Source of the DNA: an uncultured Acidobacteriota bacterium
GTDB lineage: Bacteria; Acidobacteriota; Vicinamibacteria; Vicinamibacterales; 2-12-FULL-66-21
Length of the DNA: 64,000 bases
Reading direction: 5' to 3'
Assembly (NCBI GenBank): GCA_963839705.1
Contig: CAWIWL010000013.1
Location: forward strand, 453,950 to 517,949
Shown here: one piece after another, positions 19,802 through 32,736 of the stretch
Numbering within the stretch: position 1 is the stretch's first letter
Layout: every line of letters starts with the position of its first letter
Program-made: the position numbers and the translations under genes
Notes under the pieces: model-generated
What the model was told of the DNA's origin: nothing
Seen by the model: the letters and a program-made list of their open reading frames with translations, nothing else
The model's database searches: none

Positions 19802-21181
19802 GTGCCATTCAACCATCTCGGGCTTCATCCTTCTCTTCTGCAGGGCATCAAGGAGCTGGGCTTCGTTCGGCCCACGACCATTCAAGCTGAGGCGATTCCC
19901 CCTGCGATGCAGGGCAGGGACGTCATCGCAACCGCACAAACCGGCAGCGGCAAGACGGCGGCGTTTCTGCTTCCCATCCTGAACCGGCTGATCGACAAGC
20001 CTCGCCGGACCACGCGTGCGCTCGTACTTGCGCCGACGCGTGAGCTCGCGGCGCAGATTCTCGAGGACCTCAACGCACTCGCCGTCCACACGCCGATCAC
20101 CGGCGCGGCGGTCTATGGAGGCGTAGGAATGGGGCCGCAGGAGCACGCGTTCAAGAGCGGCGTCGACATCATCGTTGCGACACCGGGCCGGCTGCTGGAC
20201 CACATGCGCTCGGGTTACGCGAAGATGAGCCATCTCGAACACCTCGTCCTCGACGAGGCGGACCGCATGCTCGACATGGGGTTCCTGCCCGAGATCCGCA
20301 AGATCCTGACGCACTTGCCAACGCGCCGCCAGACGCTCTTCTTCAGCGCGACGATGCCGCCGCCGATTGCGGCGCTGTCCAGCGAAATGCTCCGTAATCC
20401 TGTGACGATTCAGATGCAGCGCCAGGCCGCGCCCGCCTCGGGGATCACGCAGGCGGTCTATCCGGTGCCGCAAGAACTGAAGCCGGTGCTGGCCGTGCAC
20501 TTGCTGACGCGCGGGACGATGACGCAGGCGCTGATCTTCACCCGGACGAAACATCGGGCGAACCGGCTGGCGGACTTCCTGGTTCGGAGCGGCATCAAGA
20601 CGGAGCGGATCCACGGGAACCGCTCGCAGGCGCAGCGCACGGCGGCGCTCGCGGGCTTCAGGAACGGGACCTATCCCGTGCTCGTCGCGACCGACATTGC
20701 GGCCCGCGGCATCGACGTCGAAGCGCTCGGCCACGTGGTGAACTTCGATGTGCCGATGGCGCCCGACGACTACATTCATCGCGTCGGACGCACGGGCCGC
20801 GCGGAGATGACCGGCGAAGCCTTCACGTTCGTCTCGCCGCAGGAGGAGGGCGAGCTGAAGGACATCGAGCGCGTGCTCGGACGGCGGCTGCCGCGCGTCA
20901 CCGTCCCGGACTTCGACTACGCGGCGCGCCCGCAGGCCAGGCTGGAGATTCCGCTCGCGCAGCGCATCGCGGAGATCAGGGCAAGGAAGCGGGGAGAGCG
21001 CGAGCGCGCCGCCGCCAACGCCGCGCGCCGCTCCGCCGCCCAGCGCGGGCGTCCTGTTACGCCGTCACAGCCGCATGGAGATGGTGGTCATCGGCCGCCG
21101 CGCCCGTCGGGGCCATCAGGACACGGTCATCGTCCGAGCCGTCCGAGCCGATTCGGCGGCCGCGGCCGGCGGACGCGGTAG
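19802..21181 (+). CDS. DEAD/DEAH box RNA helicase (RhlE-like), GTG start
   Basis: FNHLGLHPSLLQGIKELGFVRPTTIQAEAIP, ATAQTGSGKTAAF, VLDEADRMLDMGF, SAT, ARGIDVEALGHVVNFDVP, HRVGRTGRA; basic C-terminal tail. Confidence 0.96.
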   Translation: MPFNHLGLHPSLLQGIKELGFVRPTTIQAEAIPPAMQGRDVIATAQTGSGKTAAFLLPILNRLIDKPRRTTRALVLAPTRELAAQILEDLNALAVHTPITGAAVYGGVGMGPQEHAFKSGVDIIVATPGRLLDHMRSGYAKMSHLEHLVLDEADRMLDMGFLPEIRKILTHLPTRRQTLFFSATMPPPIAALSSEMLRNPVTIQMQRQAAPASGITQAVYPVPQELKPVLAVHLLTRGTMTQALIFTRTKHRANRLADFLVRSGIKTERIHGNRSQAQRTAALAGFRNGTYPVLVATDIAARGIDVEALGHVVNFDVPMAPDDYIHRVGRTGRAEMTGEAFTFVSPQEEGELKDIERVLGRRLPRVTVPDFDYAARPQARLEIPLAQRIAEIRARKRGERERAAANAARRSAAQRGRPVTPSQPHGDGGHRPPRPSGPSGHGHRPSRPSRFGGRGRRTR

Positions 21182-21340
21182 TCTAAAAGGCTTCAGCGCG
21201 GAGCGCTCGGCTTGGCCGGGTCTACAAGACGCTCGCAGTTGCGCGTCGCGCCCGTAGCGCGCTCGCAACCTCCCGCTGCGCGGGGGCGTCGAGAGCGGTC
21301 AGCGTTCGGACGATGCCACCTTCCATAACCGCTCGTCGAG

Positions 21341-21902
21341 ATGGCACACGAAAGTCTGGCCCTGAGCGAGCGGCGCGTGATCCGCATCGAGAGTGGCGAT
21401 CGTGCGATTGACCCGCTGTACCGATCCTGGACCTGGATGGGAAGCAGCGCCTTCGACATGTCGCCGGACAGCCGGTGGCGGATACTACTCGAGCCGCGGT
21501 ATCCGCAGTTCGTAAAGGCGCTCAAGACGGTCACGGCCAGTGCCGCAGAGCGGTCCCCCCTGGCGCGTGCGCTGATGCAGGCCGATCTGTGAGGCAGTCT
21601 ACGACATGCTGCGCACGCTCCCGCTGATGCGGCCAGGGAGCCGCGGATCCACACCCGATACCGTTGTGCGCACACAACGCATCGAGGAACTTATGCCGTT
21701 GCTGGCCCGCGCGATCCGAGCGTTGGCGCTGACGCGCGCCGAGATCGAAGCGCTGACGGACAATTATGCGGCCGGAGCGCGAGCTGGCGAGCTGCCCGCT
21801 CTCTTCTCACGTGAAAGCGGTTGGAGAACTGCGCTAGCGGAACACCGTCGCGGTAGACCATTCGATTGCGCGCGGTGCTTCGGATGCGATCGCCTGCGGT
21901 GA
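21341..21902 (+). pseudogene. Hypothetical acidobacterial-type protein, frameshifted near 21590 and probably truncated at its C-terminus
   Basis: Frame 1: MAHESLALSERRVIRIESGDRAIDPLYRSWTWMGSSAFDM...LARALMQADL; frame 2 resumes EAVYDMLRTLPLMRPG...[26 protein letters not shown]. Overlaps the Lhr-like gene end on the other strand. Confidence 0.5.
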
Positions 21903-24900
21903 CGATTCCGGCGAGGTTCAGCGGATCAGCTGTGCCAATCGCGAGGAGTCGGCCGTTGCTGGGCGTACGCCGCACTTCGCGCAGTCGCTCGATGGCCTCA
22001 GGCATCGCGAACTGTTCACCCGACATTCCGGATACGAATCGTCCGCCGCGGATCTCCCCGCGCGCCTCGAGCCGGCGGTAGACGCGGGCGAGATCGCGCC
22101 ACGGCGCCACGATGCTCTCCCGAGTCAGCAGGCGGTGGAAGACGACGCCGTAGCGGCGGAGCAGTGCCCACGCTTCGGCCTCGATCACCGCGCTATCCTC
22201 TGCCGCCAGATGGGGAGTGGGGATCGTGCTCCAGCGCCCGGCGAAGCTCGCCCGGCGATCGCGCACGATCGGGCGGCCGGACGCGCGCACCAGGAGCGCC
22301 CTCAGACCCGAGAACCCATCAGAGGCGGCCAGGCCGCTCGCGACGAGCGCGCCGAGCCCTCGGCGTGTGTCTTCGGCGTCGAGGCCGCTCGCGACGCGCA
22401 CGTCGTTGAAGAATGACGCGCCCCTGCTGCGCAGCACGTCCAGCACGCGCCTGGCCGTGTCGGTGAGTCTGCGCTCGGGATCGTCCGCGACGCGCCGCAG
22501 AGCCTGCCAGGCCTCGCTGTGATCGCGTTGAAAAAGCGCGACCGGCGTGGCAGGGGTGAGCTGCGCAGGTTCCGCGAGCGCGACCGACCGCGGCGAGACG
22601 CGCGCCCAGCCGACCTCTCCAGCGAAACACAACATATCGAGCATCGACGGCTCGTAGCCCTCGACGCGGGCAGGAAGGACCGAGCGTTCCCACGCCGCCC
22701 CGGCAAGCTCGAATCCGTCGAGCTGCGTCAGTGCTTCTCGCAGTCCGTCGAGTCCGGCCAGCCGAGCGACGGGATCGAGGTGCTGCCACCTGAAGAGAAA
22801 CCGCATGAAGTCGGCCGGGCTGACCGGCTCGATCTCGGCGCGAAGCCGGTTGAGCGTGTAGCGGTGAATGCGCGCGAGGAGCGCTCGATCGCACCACTCG
22901 ATACCGCCCTGCCTGGGCGGTGAAGCGACCTCGGAGCACCACGCCCTCCGATTCGAGCGCCAGGAGCGCCGCATCTGCCTCCTTCGTGGCAATCGCTAGC
23001 GATCGAGCCAGCTGGTCCGCAGTGGTCGGACCCACCAGGCAAAGACGGCCGCGAACGAGCTCGGCGATCGCGGCGGCCCGCTCCCACTCACGCGCGCGGG
23101 AGAGCGGCGCCGCGATGGGTGGCTCGAGGACTGCCTCCGGGTGAATCGCGAGGAGCTCGGGAAGCCGCTCTGCCGCAACGCTCAGCAGCTCCGTTCGACC
23201 GGTGTCGTCGAGGCGGCAGTGGCAGCTGCGAGAGGCGCCGGCCAGCGCATCGTGAAACGCTCGGGCCCCCTCGCCCATCTCGCTGTCGAGGAGGTAGCCG
23301 CACGTCATGAGCGCATCGTGCAGCTCGTCGGCATTGCGCGGATCCGGGCGCGCCTCGTCGCGGACCCGATCGATTGCCGCCTGGTCGAGCATGCCAAGTT
23401 CGCCGGCGCCGGCGTCGGTCCCGCGTCGCGTCTGAACGGCACGACTCCGACGCTCTTCGAGGGGCGCATCATCGAGAAACGCGTACGGTTTTGCGCCGAG
23501 GATCTCGTGGGCGAACACCGAGGGCTCCGGCGTGTCTCGCGACACGAGCTTCAATTCGCCGCGATGAATCCGTCCCAGCACGGCGTTGAGGCCATCGAGA
23601 TCCATCGCTTCTTCGAGGCAATCACGAACCGTCTGCGCGACGAGCGGGTGATCGGGAATCTGGCGATCGCCGGGGATGTTCTCGAGGCACGCGGCGGCAT
23701 CGGGGAAGACAGAGGCCAGCAGATCCGCGGCCAGCATCCGTTGCACCTGGGGCGCGATCTTCCGCCCGCCTCGCGTGCGCGGAACGGCGAGCGAAATCGT
23801 CGCGTTCCACCGCCACCGCGTCTCGAAGACCGGTGCGTCGAGAAACGCCTGCACGAGCACGTCGCGGGTCGTTTCGGGGTGCAGGTAGCGGAACACGTCC
23901 GAGAGCGGGAACGAGTGCTGAGGGCCGAGAGAGAGCATCAGGCCGTCGTCAGTCGCCGCGGCCTGCAGCTCGAAGTTGAACTGACGGCAGAAGCGCTTTC
24001 GCAGCGCAAGGCCCCAGGCCTTCGTGACGCGGCTGCCGAACGGCGCGTGCAGGACGAGCTGCATGCCGCCAGATTCGTCGAAGAACCGTTCGAGAACGAG
24101 CGTGTTCTGCGACGGAATCACGCCGAGCACCCGCCGTCCATCAGCCAGGTAGGCGACGGCCTGCTCCGCCGCGTCGCTTCTCAGTCCCGTCTCCTCAACG
24201 AGCCACGCCGTCACATCGCGAACCGTCGATTGAGCGGCCGCCGGTGTCTCCTGCGCGAGCCGGCCATCGATCGCCGCGCGCAGATCGCTGACCGCCTTCG
24301 ACAGCTCGTCGCTTCTGGCCGGCGCCTCGCCGAGCCAGAAGGGGATGGTCGGGGGCGCGCCTTTGGCGTCCGCCACGCGCACGGTCCCCGAGGTCACCTG
24401 CAGAATGCGCCACGAGGCGTTGCCAAGTTGAAAGATATCGCCGGCGATCGACTCGATGGCGAAGTCCTCGTTGAGCGTGCCGATGAAGGTCTCTTCAGGG
24501 TCCAGGATGACGCGAAAATCCGCGATCTCGGGAATGGCGCCACCGGATGTCTGCGCCAGCAGCCGGCTGCCGCGCCGCCCGCGGAGGATTGCGTTGACCT
24601 CGTCGCGGTGGATGAGCGCGGCGCGCCGGCCTTTTCTCGTCGAGAATCCTTCCGACGACATGCTGACGACGGCGTCGAACTGCGCGCGTGTGAGATCGCG
24701 GTATGGCCACGCGCCTCGCACGAGCGCAAAGAGGTCGTCCTCGCGGTACTCGGCGCATGCCGTTTCGGCCACCAGTTGCTGCGCCAGGACGTCGAGCGGC
24801 GCGTCGTGGGCGACGATCGCATCGAGGTCGCCGCGCCGCACCGATCGCAGCAAGGCCGCGCACTCGATGAGGTCGTCGCGGGAAGTCGGAAAAACCCGTC

Positions 24901-26011
24901 CCTTGGGGAGTCCCGCGATCGTATGTCCGGATCGGCCCACCCGCTGCAGCAGCGTGGCAATCCGGTGCGGCGATCCAATCTGGCAAACGAGGTCCACGTG
25001 CCCGATGTCGATCCCGAGTTCGAGCGATGCTGTCGCGACGAGGGCCCGCAGGACTCCCGCCTTGAGCCGCGTCTCGGCGTCGAGACGCATCTCCTTGGAG
25101 AGGCTTCCGTGGTGCGCCGTGACGGCGTCGTCGCCCAACCGGTCGCTCAGGTGACGGGCCAGTCGTTCGGCCATCCGCCGGGTGTTCACGAAGATGAGCG
25201 TCGTGCGGTGTGCCGTGACGAGAGCCGCGAGCCGGTCGTGGTACTCATCCCAGACTTCATGGGCCATCACCGCCTCGAGTGGCGCGCCGGGGATTTCGAT
25301 GCCGAGGTCCATCGTGCGGCGATGACCCGTGTCGACGATCGTGCAGGGATCGCCGGACGTTCCGACCAGGAAGCGTGCGACTTCGTCGATCGGCTTCTGC
25401 GTCGCGGAGAGACCAATGCGCAGGAGGGGCCGATCGCACACGTGCTGCAGACGCTCGAGCGACAGGGCGAGATGGGCGCCGCGCCGCGTTCCAATCACGG
25501 CGTGGATTTCGTCGACGATGACCGTGCGGACCGTGCGCAACATGTGGCGGCTGCGCTCGGACGTCAGCAGCAGGTAGAGCGACTCCGGTGTCGTCACCAG
25601 AATGTGTGGCGGCGTTCGAATCATCGCCGCGCGTTCTCCCTGGGTGGTGTCTCCGGTGCGGACAGCCGCAGTGATCCGCGGCGCTGCCAGCCCTTCCTCT
25701 TCGGCGAGCCGCAGAATCTGCCGGCGCGGCTCGGCCAGGTTCTTGTGAATATCTGCGCTCAGTGCCTTGAGCGGCGACACGTACAACACGCGAACCTCGT
25801 CGGGCAGCGGCGAGGTCAATCCCTCGCGCGCGAGCTCGTCAAGGGCGGTCAGGAACGCCGCGAGAGTCTTTCCTGATCCGGTGGGAGCAGCGATGAGCGT
25901 GTGCCGGCCGGCGAAGATCGATTCCCATCCGCGGGCCTGAGCGGCCGTTGGCTCACCGAGTGTGGTCGTGAACCATTGCCGGACGACGGGATGGAAGCGA
26001 GTGAGCGGCAT
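21691..26011 (-). CDS. Lhr-like large DEAD/DEAH ATP-dependent helicase (frameshift near 22910)
   Basis: [97 protein letters not shown]; C-terminal part in another frame: [41 protein letters not shown]...[14 protein letters not shown]. Confidence 0.93.
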
Positions 26012-26052
26012 TGCAGCTGGTACTTCTGCGAAGGGGGAAGACCAGAGTATAC

Positions 26053-26076
26053 CCCCTGAACCTTGAACCCTGAACC
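26053..26076. repeat. Short heptad array CCCTGAACCTTGAACCCTGAACC between Lhr-like and APC genes
   Basis: Same heptad as 39414-39523. Confidence 0.85.
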
Positions 26077-26080
26077 GCTC

Positions 26081-27512
26081 TTACTTCCCCAGATACGCGT
26101 AGACCGGCAGTCCGGCCATCAGCAGTAGAAACCCCCAAAAGACGACGTCCGGGCCGGCGCCACCAATGGCGAAAAGCGCGTAGATGAACCCCAGGCCGGA
26201 AAGGATCGTGGCACCAGTCGACCAGCTCATGCTCGGCTCGCGGCGGTGGAGGATGACGCCCGCCAGCGAACAGAAGGTGTACGGTACGAGCGTGCTCAGC
26301 GTGGCGAGCAGGAGGATGAACGTGAAGAGCTCGACGAGGCCGCGCGAGTAGTTCATCGCGACGAGCCCGGTCGAAAGCACCGCGGAGACGATCATCGCGA
26401 CGGCCGGCGTGCCTCGGCGCGACACTCGTGCGAACGCGCCCGGGAACAGTCCGTCCCGCGCGACAGCGAGTGGCACTTGACCGCCGATGAGGACCCACCC
26501 GTTCAACGCTCCAAAGCAGGAGATGGCCGCGCCGATCGCGACGAGGGCGGCTGCGCCATCACCCGCGAGCACGCGGGCCGCGTCCGCGAACGGCGCCGTC
26601 GATTGCGTGAGCGTTGCGGGATCCATCAGGCTCATGACGCCGGCCGTGCTCATCAGGTAGAGGGCCGCCGCCAGCAGCGTCCCGATGACCGTCGCCCGCG
26701 GAATCGTACCGGCGGGGATCGACTGTGCTTCCTGCCGGGACCGTGGCGCATTCGAGGCCGACAAACGCAAACAGCGTGAGCGTGACGGTTGCCAGCACGC
26801 CTTTGCCGATGCCATCCTGCACGCCGGTCAGCGAGAAGTGCGATGGTTCGAACGCCAGCGTGCCGGCGATCCCGATGAGGAGGAGGGGAAGAATCTTGAG
26901 AGTCGTCGTGACAAACTGCACGCGTCCCGCGACGAGCGCCCCGCGACAGTTGACCGCCGTCAGGAGCCATATCGTCCCGACAGCCAGCGACGCCGCCGAC
27001 ACCGGGTTCCTGACGACCGATGGGATGAACGGATCGAGGTAACCGACGAAGGCGACTGCCAGCGCCGCATTCGCGGTCCAGATCGAAATCCAGTAGCCCC
27101 ACGCAACCAGGAAACCCGCGAGGTCTCCGTAGGCCTGGCGCGTGTAGGCGTACGGACCGCCGCTGGCCGGACGAAAGCTGGCAAGTCGCGCAAAGACGAG
27201 CGCGAGGCACACCGACCCCGCCGCCGAGATCACCCAGCCCACCAGGCTCAGCCCGCGATAGGCCGCAAGCGACGCCGGCAGCAGGAAGACGCCCGACCCG
27301 ATCATGTTCCCCATCACCAGTGCGACAGAGATCCACAAGCCGATGACAGGCGGAGCGGAAGTTGATGACGACGCGGGAGAAGCCGGAGGGGACGATGACG
27401 ACGGAGCTGACGAACTGGAACTTGAAAAGGAAGGTTCCGGCGGTACCGTCATCGGCGGCGATGGTAGCACAGCGTCGCTGAGCGGCCCCGTGGACGTCTC
27501 GTGCCCGAACAT
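26081..27512 (-). CDS. APC family amino-acid permease (frameshift near 26715-26722)
   Basis: IGLWISVALVMGNMIGSGVFLLPASLAAYRGLSLVGWVISAAG...FAFVGLECATVPAGS, then in a shifted frame IPAGTIPRATVIGTLLAAALYLMSTAGVM... Confidence 0.9.
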
Positions 27513-27569
27513 GGAACGGGGCTGGCGAGTTCGGTCGATCCGAACGCGGCCAGCCCCGATTTGACGTGC

Positions 27570-27872
27570 TTACGCGACGACGCGCTTGCGCTTGTCTGGT
27601 GAAGAGTCGTCCGTCACGCGGAGGAGGTTCTCCACGCCAGCCGCGCCGAGGGCGCGGGCGAGGATGTCCGCGCGACGCCGTTCGACGGGCGAGCGCACGA
27701 CGCCCTTGAGCGTCACGTGGCCGTCGTTGACCTCCACGTTGATCACGGTCCGGGTCTTCCCCGAGCCGGTCCAGAACGAGGGGTCCTCTTCGATTTGTTC
27801 GGTAATAACCAGTTGAAGCTCGTCGTCATCGAGCAGGCCCGACTTGGCCCGACGGATAATCTCTGCGCGCAT
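27570..27872 (-). CDS. BON domain-containing protein
   Basis: DDELQLVITEQIEEDPSFW...INVEVNDGHVTLKGVVRSPVERRRADILARALGAAGVENLLRV. Confidence 0.85.
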   Translation of the reverse strand: MRAEIIRRAKSGLLDDDELQLVITEQIEEDPSFWTGSGKTRTVINVEVNDGHVTLKGVVRSPVERRRADILARALGAAGVENLLRVTDDSSPDKRKRVVA

Positions 27873-28020
27873 ATCTCTCCTTGAATCCAGCCTAACCCGG
27901 CCTTGATCCCCAACCCGGCCGCGACTCGCCTAAGTCTCGGGGCCCCGGGCGGTTGCAGTTTACCTGATCGATCTACTCTCTTGGACGCTTCCGCGTTTCA
28001 TTTGGCCCCCGCCAGCTCAT

Positions 28021-28145
28021 CCGTAGTGAGATTCGTAGCGTCCGGCTTCCCGCCTTCGCGCAAAGCGCTTCGGCGGGCGCGCCGTAGGCTTGGCGGAGGC
28101 GGGCAGCCGGACCACAGCAAGTCCGCCTGAAGGCGGACACTACGG
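28021..28145. repeat. Composite intergenic repeat: GTAGTG/CACTAC REP-like arms around a 52-bp GC-rich repeat (28051-28102) and a GTCCGCC-TGAA-GGCGGAC hairpin
   Basis: Direct reading; core cgccttcgcgcaaagcgcttcggcgggcgcgccgtaggcttggcggaggcgg. Confidence 0.85.
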
Positions 28146-28166
28146 CTCAGGGTGATGCGAAGTAGC

Positions 28167-29567
<1,401 letters not shown>

Positions 29568-29573
29568 TTATCC

Positions 29574-29624
29574 CCCTTCGCGCGAAGCGCTCCGGCGGAT
29601 CCGCCGTAGCCGTGGCGGAGGCGG
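29574..29624 (+). repeat. GC-rich interspersed repeat (third copy) in the argG/TonB divergent intergenic region
   Basis: cccttcgcgcgaagcgctccggcggatccgccgtagccgtggcggaggcgga. Confidence 0.85.
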
Positions 29625-29667
29625 ACCGTGCTACCATCCGCGACAGTATTCGCGGGAGGAAATCGTG

Positions 29668-32600
29668 ATGTCGATTCGACTGATGCTCCGTGCTCTGGTT
29701 CTTTTCCTGGCCCTTCCCCTGCACGCAACGGCTCAACAAATCACCACCGGCGTCATCCAGGGATCGGTGGCCGACGCGACCGGCGCGAGCCTGCCTGGCG
29801 TGACCGTCGAGGCGCGCAACGTCGATACCAACTTCGGCCGGACGCTGGTGACCGAAGCGGACGGCCGGTTCGTGTTCCTTCAGCTTGCGCCCGGCAACTA
29901 TCGCATGACGTTCACGCTGCCGGGATTTGCGACGCACATCCAGGAGAACATCGTGCTGACCGTCGGTGGTTTGATCACCCTGCCCGTCGCGATGAAGGTA
30001 TCGGGTGTGTCGGAAACGGTGACGGTCACGACCGCGACCGCCGTCATCGAAACGTCGCGAACCGCATCGGCGACGACGCTGAATCAGAACACGATCGAGA
30101 CCATCCCGATCCTGGGCCGGAAGTTCGAGGATCTGCTGACGCTGACGCCGGGCGTGGCGATTGTCCAGGGGGCGGACGGCGACGAGATCAGCTTCGCCGG
30201 GCAGCGCGGCATCTTCAACAACATCAGCCTCGACGGCGGCGACTACAACAACGGGTTCTTCGGCGAGCAGGCGGGGGGACAGCGCGCGTCGATCGACATC
30301 ACGCTCGACGCGATCAAAGAATTCCAGGTCATTGCGACCGGCGCGCCGGCCGAGTTCGGCCGCACCGCCGGGGGCGTCGTCAATGTCGTCACCAAGTCCG
30401 GCACCAACGCCGCCAGGGGCAGCGTGTTCTACTTCCAGCGGCTGGAGGAGCTGACGGGTGATCTGTCCGACGGATCGAAGCTCGAGGGTTTCCACCGCGA
30501 GCAGTACGGCGGCACGGTCGGCGGTCCCATCAAGAAGGACAAGGCGTTCTTCTTTCTGGCGACAGAGGGGATCAACGCGAACTTCGAACGGCCGAATCTG
30601 AGCCGTCAGCTCGGTGACGTCCCGTGTCCCCTGGCGAATCCGACGGTGCCGCAGAACGAGTCGCTCATCAACTCGGTCCCCGACTGCCAGCGGACGGCGC
30701 TGCTTTCTTTCTTCCAGTCGCGGCTGAACATAAACGAAGGTACACCCATCGACCATCCGCAGCGGACGACGGCCATCCTCGGCAAGATCGACGTCGTCGC
30801 CAATGCCAGCAATAACATCTCGGGCTCGTGGAACTTCAACCACTCGCGGAAGACGAACGAAACGTTCGACGTGGCGACTTTCGGCCCGTCGGCGAACGGG
30901 ATCGAGGGCGATCCTGCGCGCATCAACGTGATGAACCTCAACTGGTTCACAACCCTGTCCGCGCGGACGGTGAACGAGGCGCACTTCACATACTCGCGTG
31001 AGAGCCGGCCCCGCACCGCAGCGGGGTCCGGACTCACCGCCGATACCGGCATGGGCTTCGGCCCCTCGTTCCGATTTGGCGATCCGTTTTTTCTCCAGCC
31101 GAACGTCGACGAGCTCATCTGGCGCACGCAGATCAAGGACAGCCTCTCGATCGTCACCGGCAAGCACACCTATAAGGTGGGCGGCGAGTGGATGCACACG
31201 CTGAACGATCAGGTGTTCCGCGGCTTCTTCAACGGCCGCTACATCTTCAGCAGCGTGTCCGGCTTCCTGCGCTACGCGTCGCCAGCTGCGACGGGCGGAT
31301 TCGGTCCGAACACGGTCGGCTGCTCCAACGGCTCCTTTGTCACGTTCCCGGCGGCATGCCCTGCGGGAACGACGACCGACGGAGGGCCGCTCCTCCTCTA
31401 CCTGCAGGGCGCGGGCCGCACCGGCCTGGCGACCGACGCGACCGGCGCATCGGTTATCTCGAACGACGAGTTCTCGCTCTTCGCGCAGGACTCCTGGCAG
31501 GTGCGTTCGAACCTCACCCTGAACTACGGGTTGCGCTGGGACTCGCAGCGGATGCCCGAAACCGTCGATCCGACGACGACCGCGTATGGCGCGTTTCTCG
31601 ACGATCCGACGTTCCCGTCCGACGGCACGATTCCGAGCCAGTGGAGCATGTGGCAGCCGCGCCTTGGCGTCGCCTGGGATGTGAGCAGCAATGGACAGTC
31701 GCTGGTGCGTGCGAGCTGGGGCGTGTACTACGCCCGGCAAAACATGCTGAGCCAGGTCGGATCGGTGACGACCAATGGCCTCCAGCAGCAGACGATCTTC
31801 GCGAACACCCAGAACTTATTGGATTTCGGAGCGCCGACGCCCACGTGGCCGGGCGTCGTGACCCCCGCGCCGCTCCCCGACGGCCAGTTCCCAGACTTCA
31901 GCGGCGTGCGTGTGTTCGATCGCGACTACAAGAATCCGTACGTCCTCGCCTTCAACGTTGCCTTCGAGCAGCAGCTGGCGCCGGACTGGGCGGGGTATGT
32001 CGATTTCATCTGGAACGAGGGCAAAGACCTGACGCGGTTCCTCAACTACAACCGAAGCGGACCTGTGTGCTGCTCGGCCGGTCCAGGAACGGGCAACAGC
32101 TACGACTACACCGGCTCGCCCTGGGGCCTTCAGCTCGACGAGGTGATGGTGACAAACAGCCGGGGGTCGTCGAAGTATCGAGGGCTGACCCTGGGGGTGA
32201 GAAAGCGGCTCTCGAACGGCTTCCAGCTCGAAGGAAACTACGTGCTGTCCAAGGATGAAGACGACGACTCGAACGAGCGCGATCCGTTTACCGACTACAG
32301 CTTCAACTTCTTCGATCTGTCGAAGGATTGGGGTCCATCGAATCGCGACATCCGCCACAAGTTCAACTTCTTCAGCTACTTCATCATCCCGAAGGGGTTC
32401 TGGGCGAACACGCGTGTGCAGTATCGTGGTCCTCAGCCGATCACAGCGGATCCGCGCAGCCTCGACGGCACCGATCGCGGTCGCAACGGAGAGCGTAAGG
32501 ACAACGAGTACTTCTCGTTCGACTGGCGCCTGGGGCGGCCGTTCCGATTCGGCGGGCGCTACGAGATGACGCCGATCCTCGAGATGTTCAACACGTTCAA

Positions 32601-32718
32601 CAACAAGAACCAAATCAACTCGCTGACCACAAACCTGCTCTTCGACTTCTCCGGGTTCCTCCGGACCGGCGTCGGCGATCCAAGGCAGATGCAGCTGGCG
32701 GTGAAGTTCACGTTCTGA
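29668..32718 (+). CDS. TonB-dependent receptor, Oar-like with N-terminal carboxypeptidase regulatory-like domain
   Basis: ITTGVIQGSVADATGASLPGVTVEARNVDTNFGRTLVTEADGRFVFLQLAPGNYRMTFTLPGF...GRTAGGVVNVVTKSGTN; ends AVKFTF. RBS ggagga before ATG 29668. Confidence 0.95.
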   Translation: MSIRLMLRALVLFLALPLHATAQQITTGVIQGSVADATGASLPGVTVEARNVDTNFGRTLVTEADGRFVFLQLAPGNYRMTFTLPGFATHIQENIVLTVGGLITLPVAMKVSGVSETVTVTTATAVIETSRTASATTLNQNTIETIPILGRKFEDLLTLTPGVAIVQGADGDEISFAGQRGIFNNISLDGGDYNNGFFGEQAGGQRASIDITLDAIKEFQVIATGAPAEFGRTAGGVVNVVTKSGTNAARGSVFYFQRLEELTGDLSDGSKLEGFHREQYGGTVGGPIKKDKAFFFLATEGINANFERPNLSRQLGDVPCPLANPTVPQNESLINSVPDCQRTALLSFFQSRLNINEGTPIDHPQRTTAILGKIDVVANASNNISGSWNFNHSRKTNETFDVATFGPSANGIEGDPARINVMNLNWFTTLSARTVNEAHFTYSRESRPRTAAGSGLTADTGMGFGPSFRFGDPFFLQPNVDELIWRTQIKDSLSIVTGKHTYKVGGEWMHTLNDQVFRGFFNGRYIFSSVSGFLRYASPAATGGFGPNTVGCSNGSFVTFPAACPAGTTTDGGPLLLYLQGAGRTGLATDATGASVISNDEFSLFAQDSWQVRSNLTLNYGLRWDSQRMPETVDPTTTAYGAFLDDPTFPSDGTIPSQWSMWQPRLGVAWDVSSNGQSLVRASWGVYYARQNMLSQVGSVTTNGLQQQTIFANTQNLLDFGAPTPTWPGVVTPAPLPDGQFPDFSGVRVFDRDYKNPYVLAFNVAFEQQLAPDWAGYVDFIWNEGKDLTRFLNYNRSGPVCCSAGPGTGNSYDYTGSPWGLQLDEVMVTNSRGSSKYRGLTLGVRKRLSNGFQLEGNYVLSKDEDDDSNERDPFTDYSFNFFDLSKDWGPSNRDIRHKFNFFSYFIIPKGFWANTRVQYRGPQPITADPRSLDGTDRGRNGERKDNEYFSFDWRLGRPFRFGGRYEMTPILEMFNTFNNKNQINSLTTNLLFDFSGFLRTGVGDPRQMQLAVKFTF

Positions 32719-32736
32719 GGGCTTCAATGATCCGGA

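Noticed and set aside
23141-25876. 911-aa plus-strand ORF
   Set aside because: Antisense shadow of the Lhr-like helicase. Arg/Gly/Val-rich with no coherent motifs, produced by high-GC third positions.
26703-26725. Programmed ribosomal frameshifting in the APC permease
   Set aside because: There is no heptameric slippery site plus downstream structure, and similar 1-nt shifts occur in many unrelated genes of the window, so indel error is more likely.
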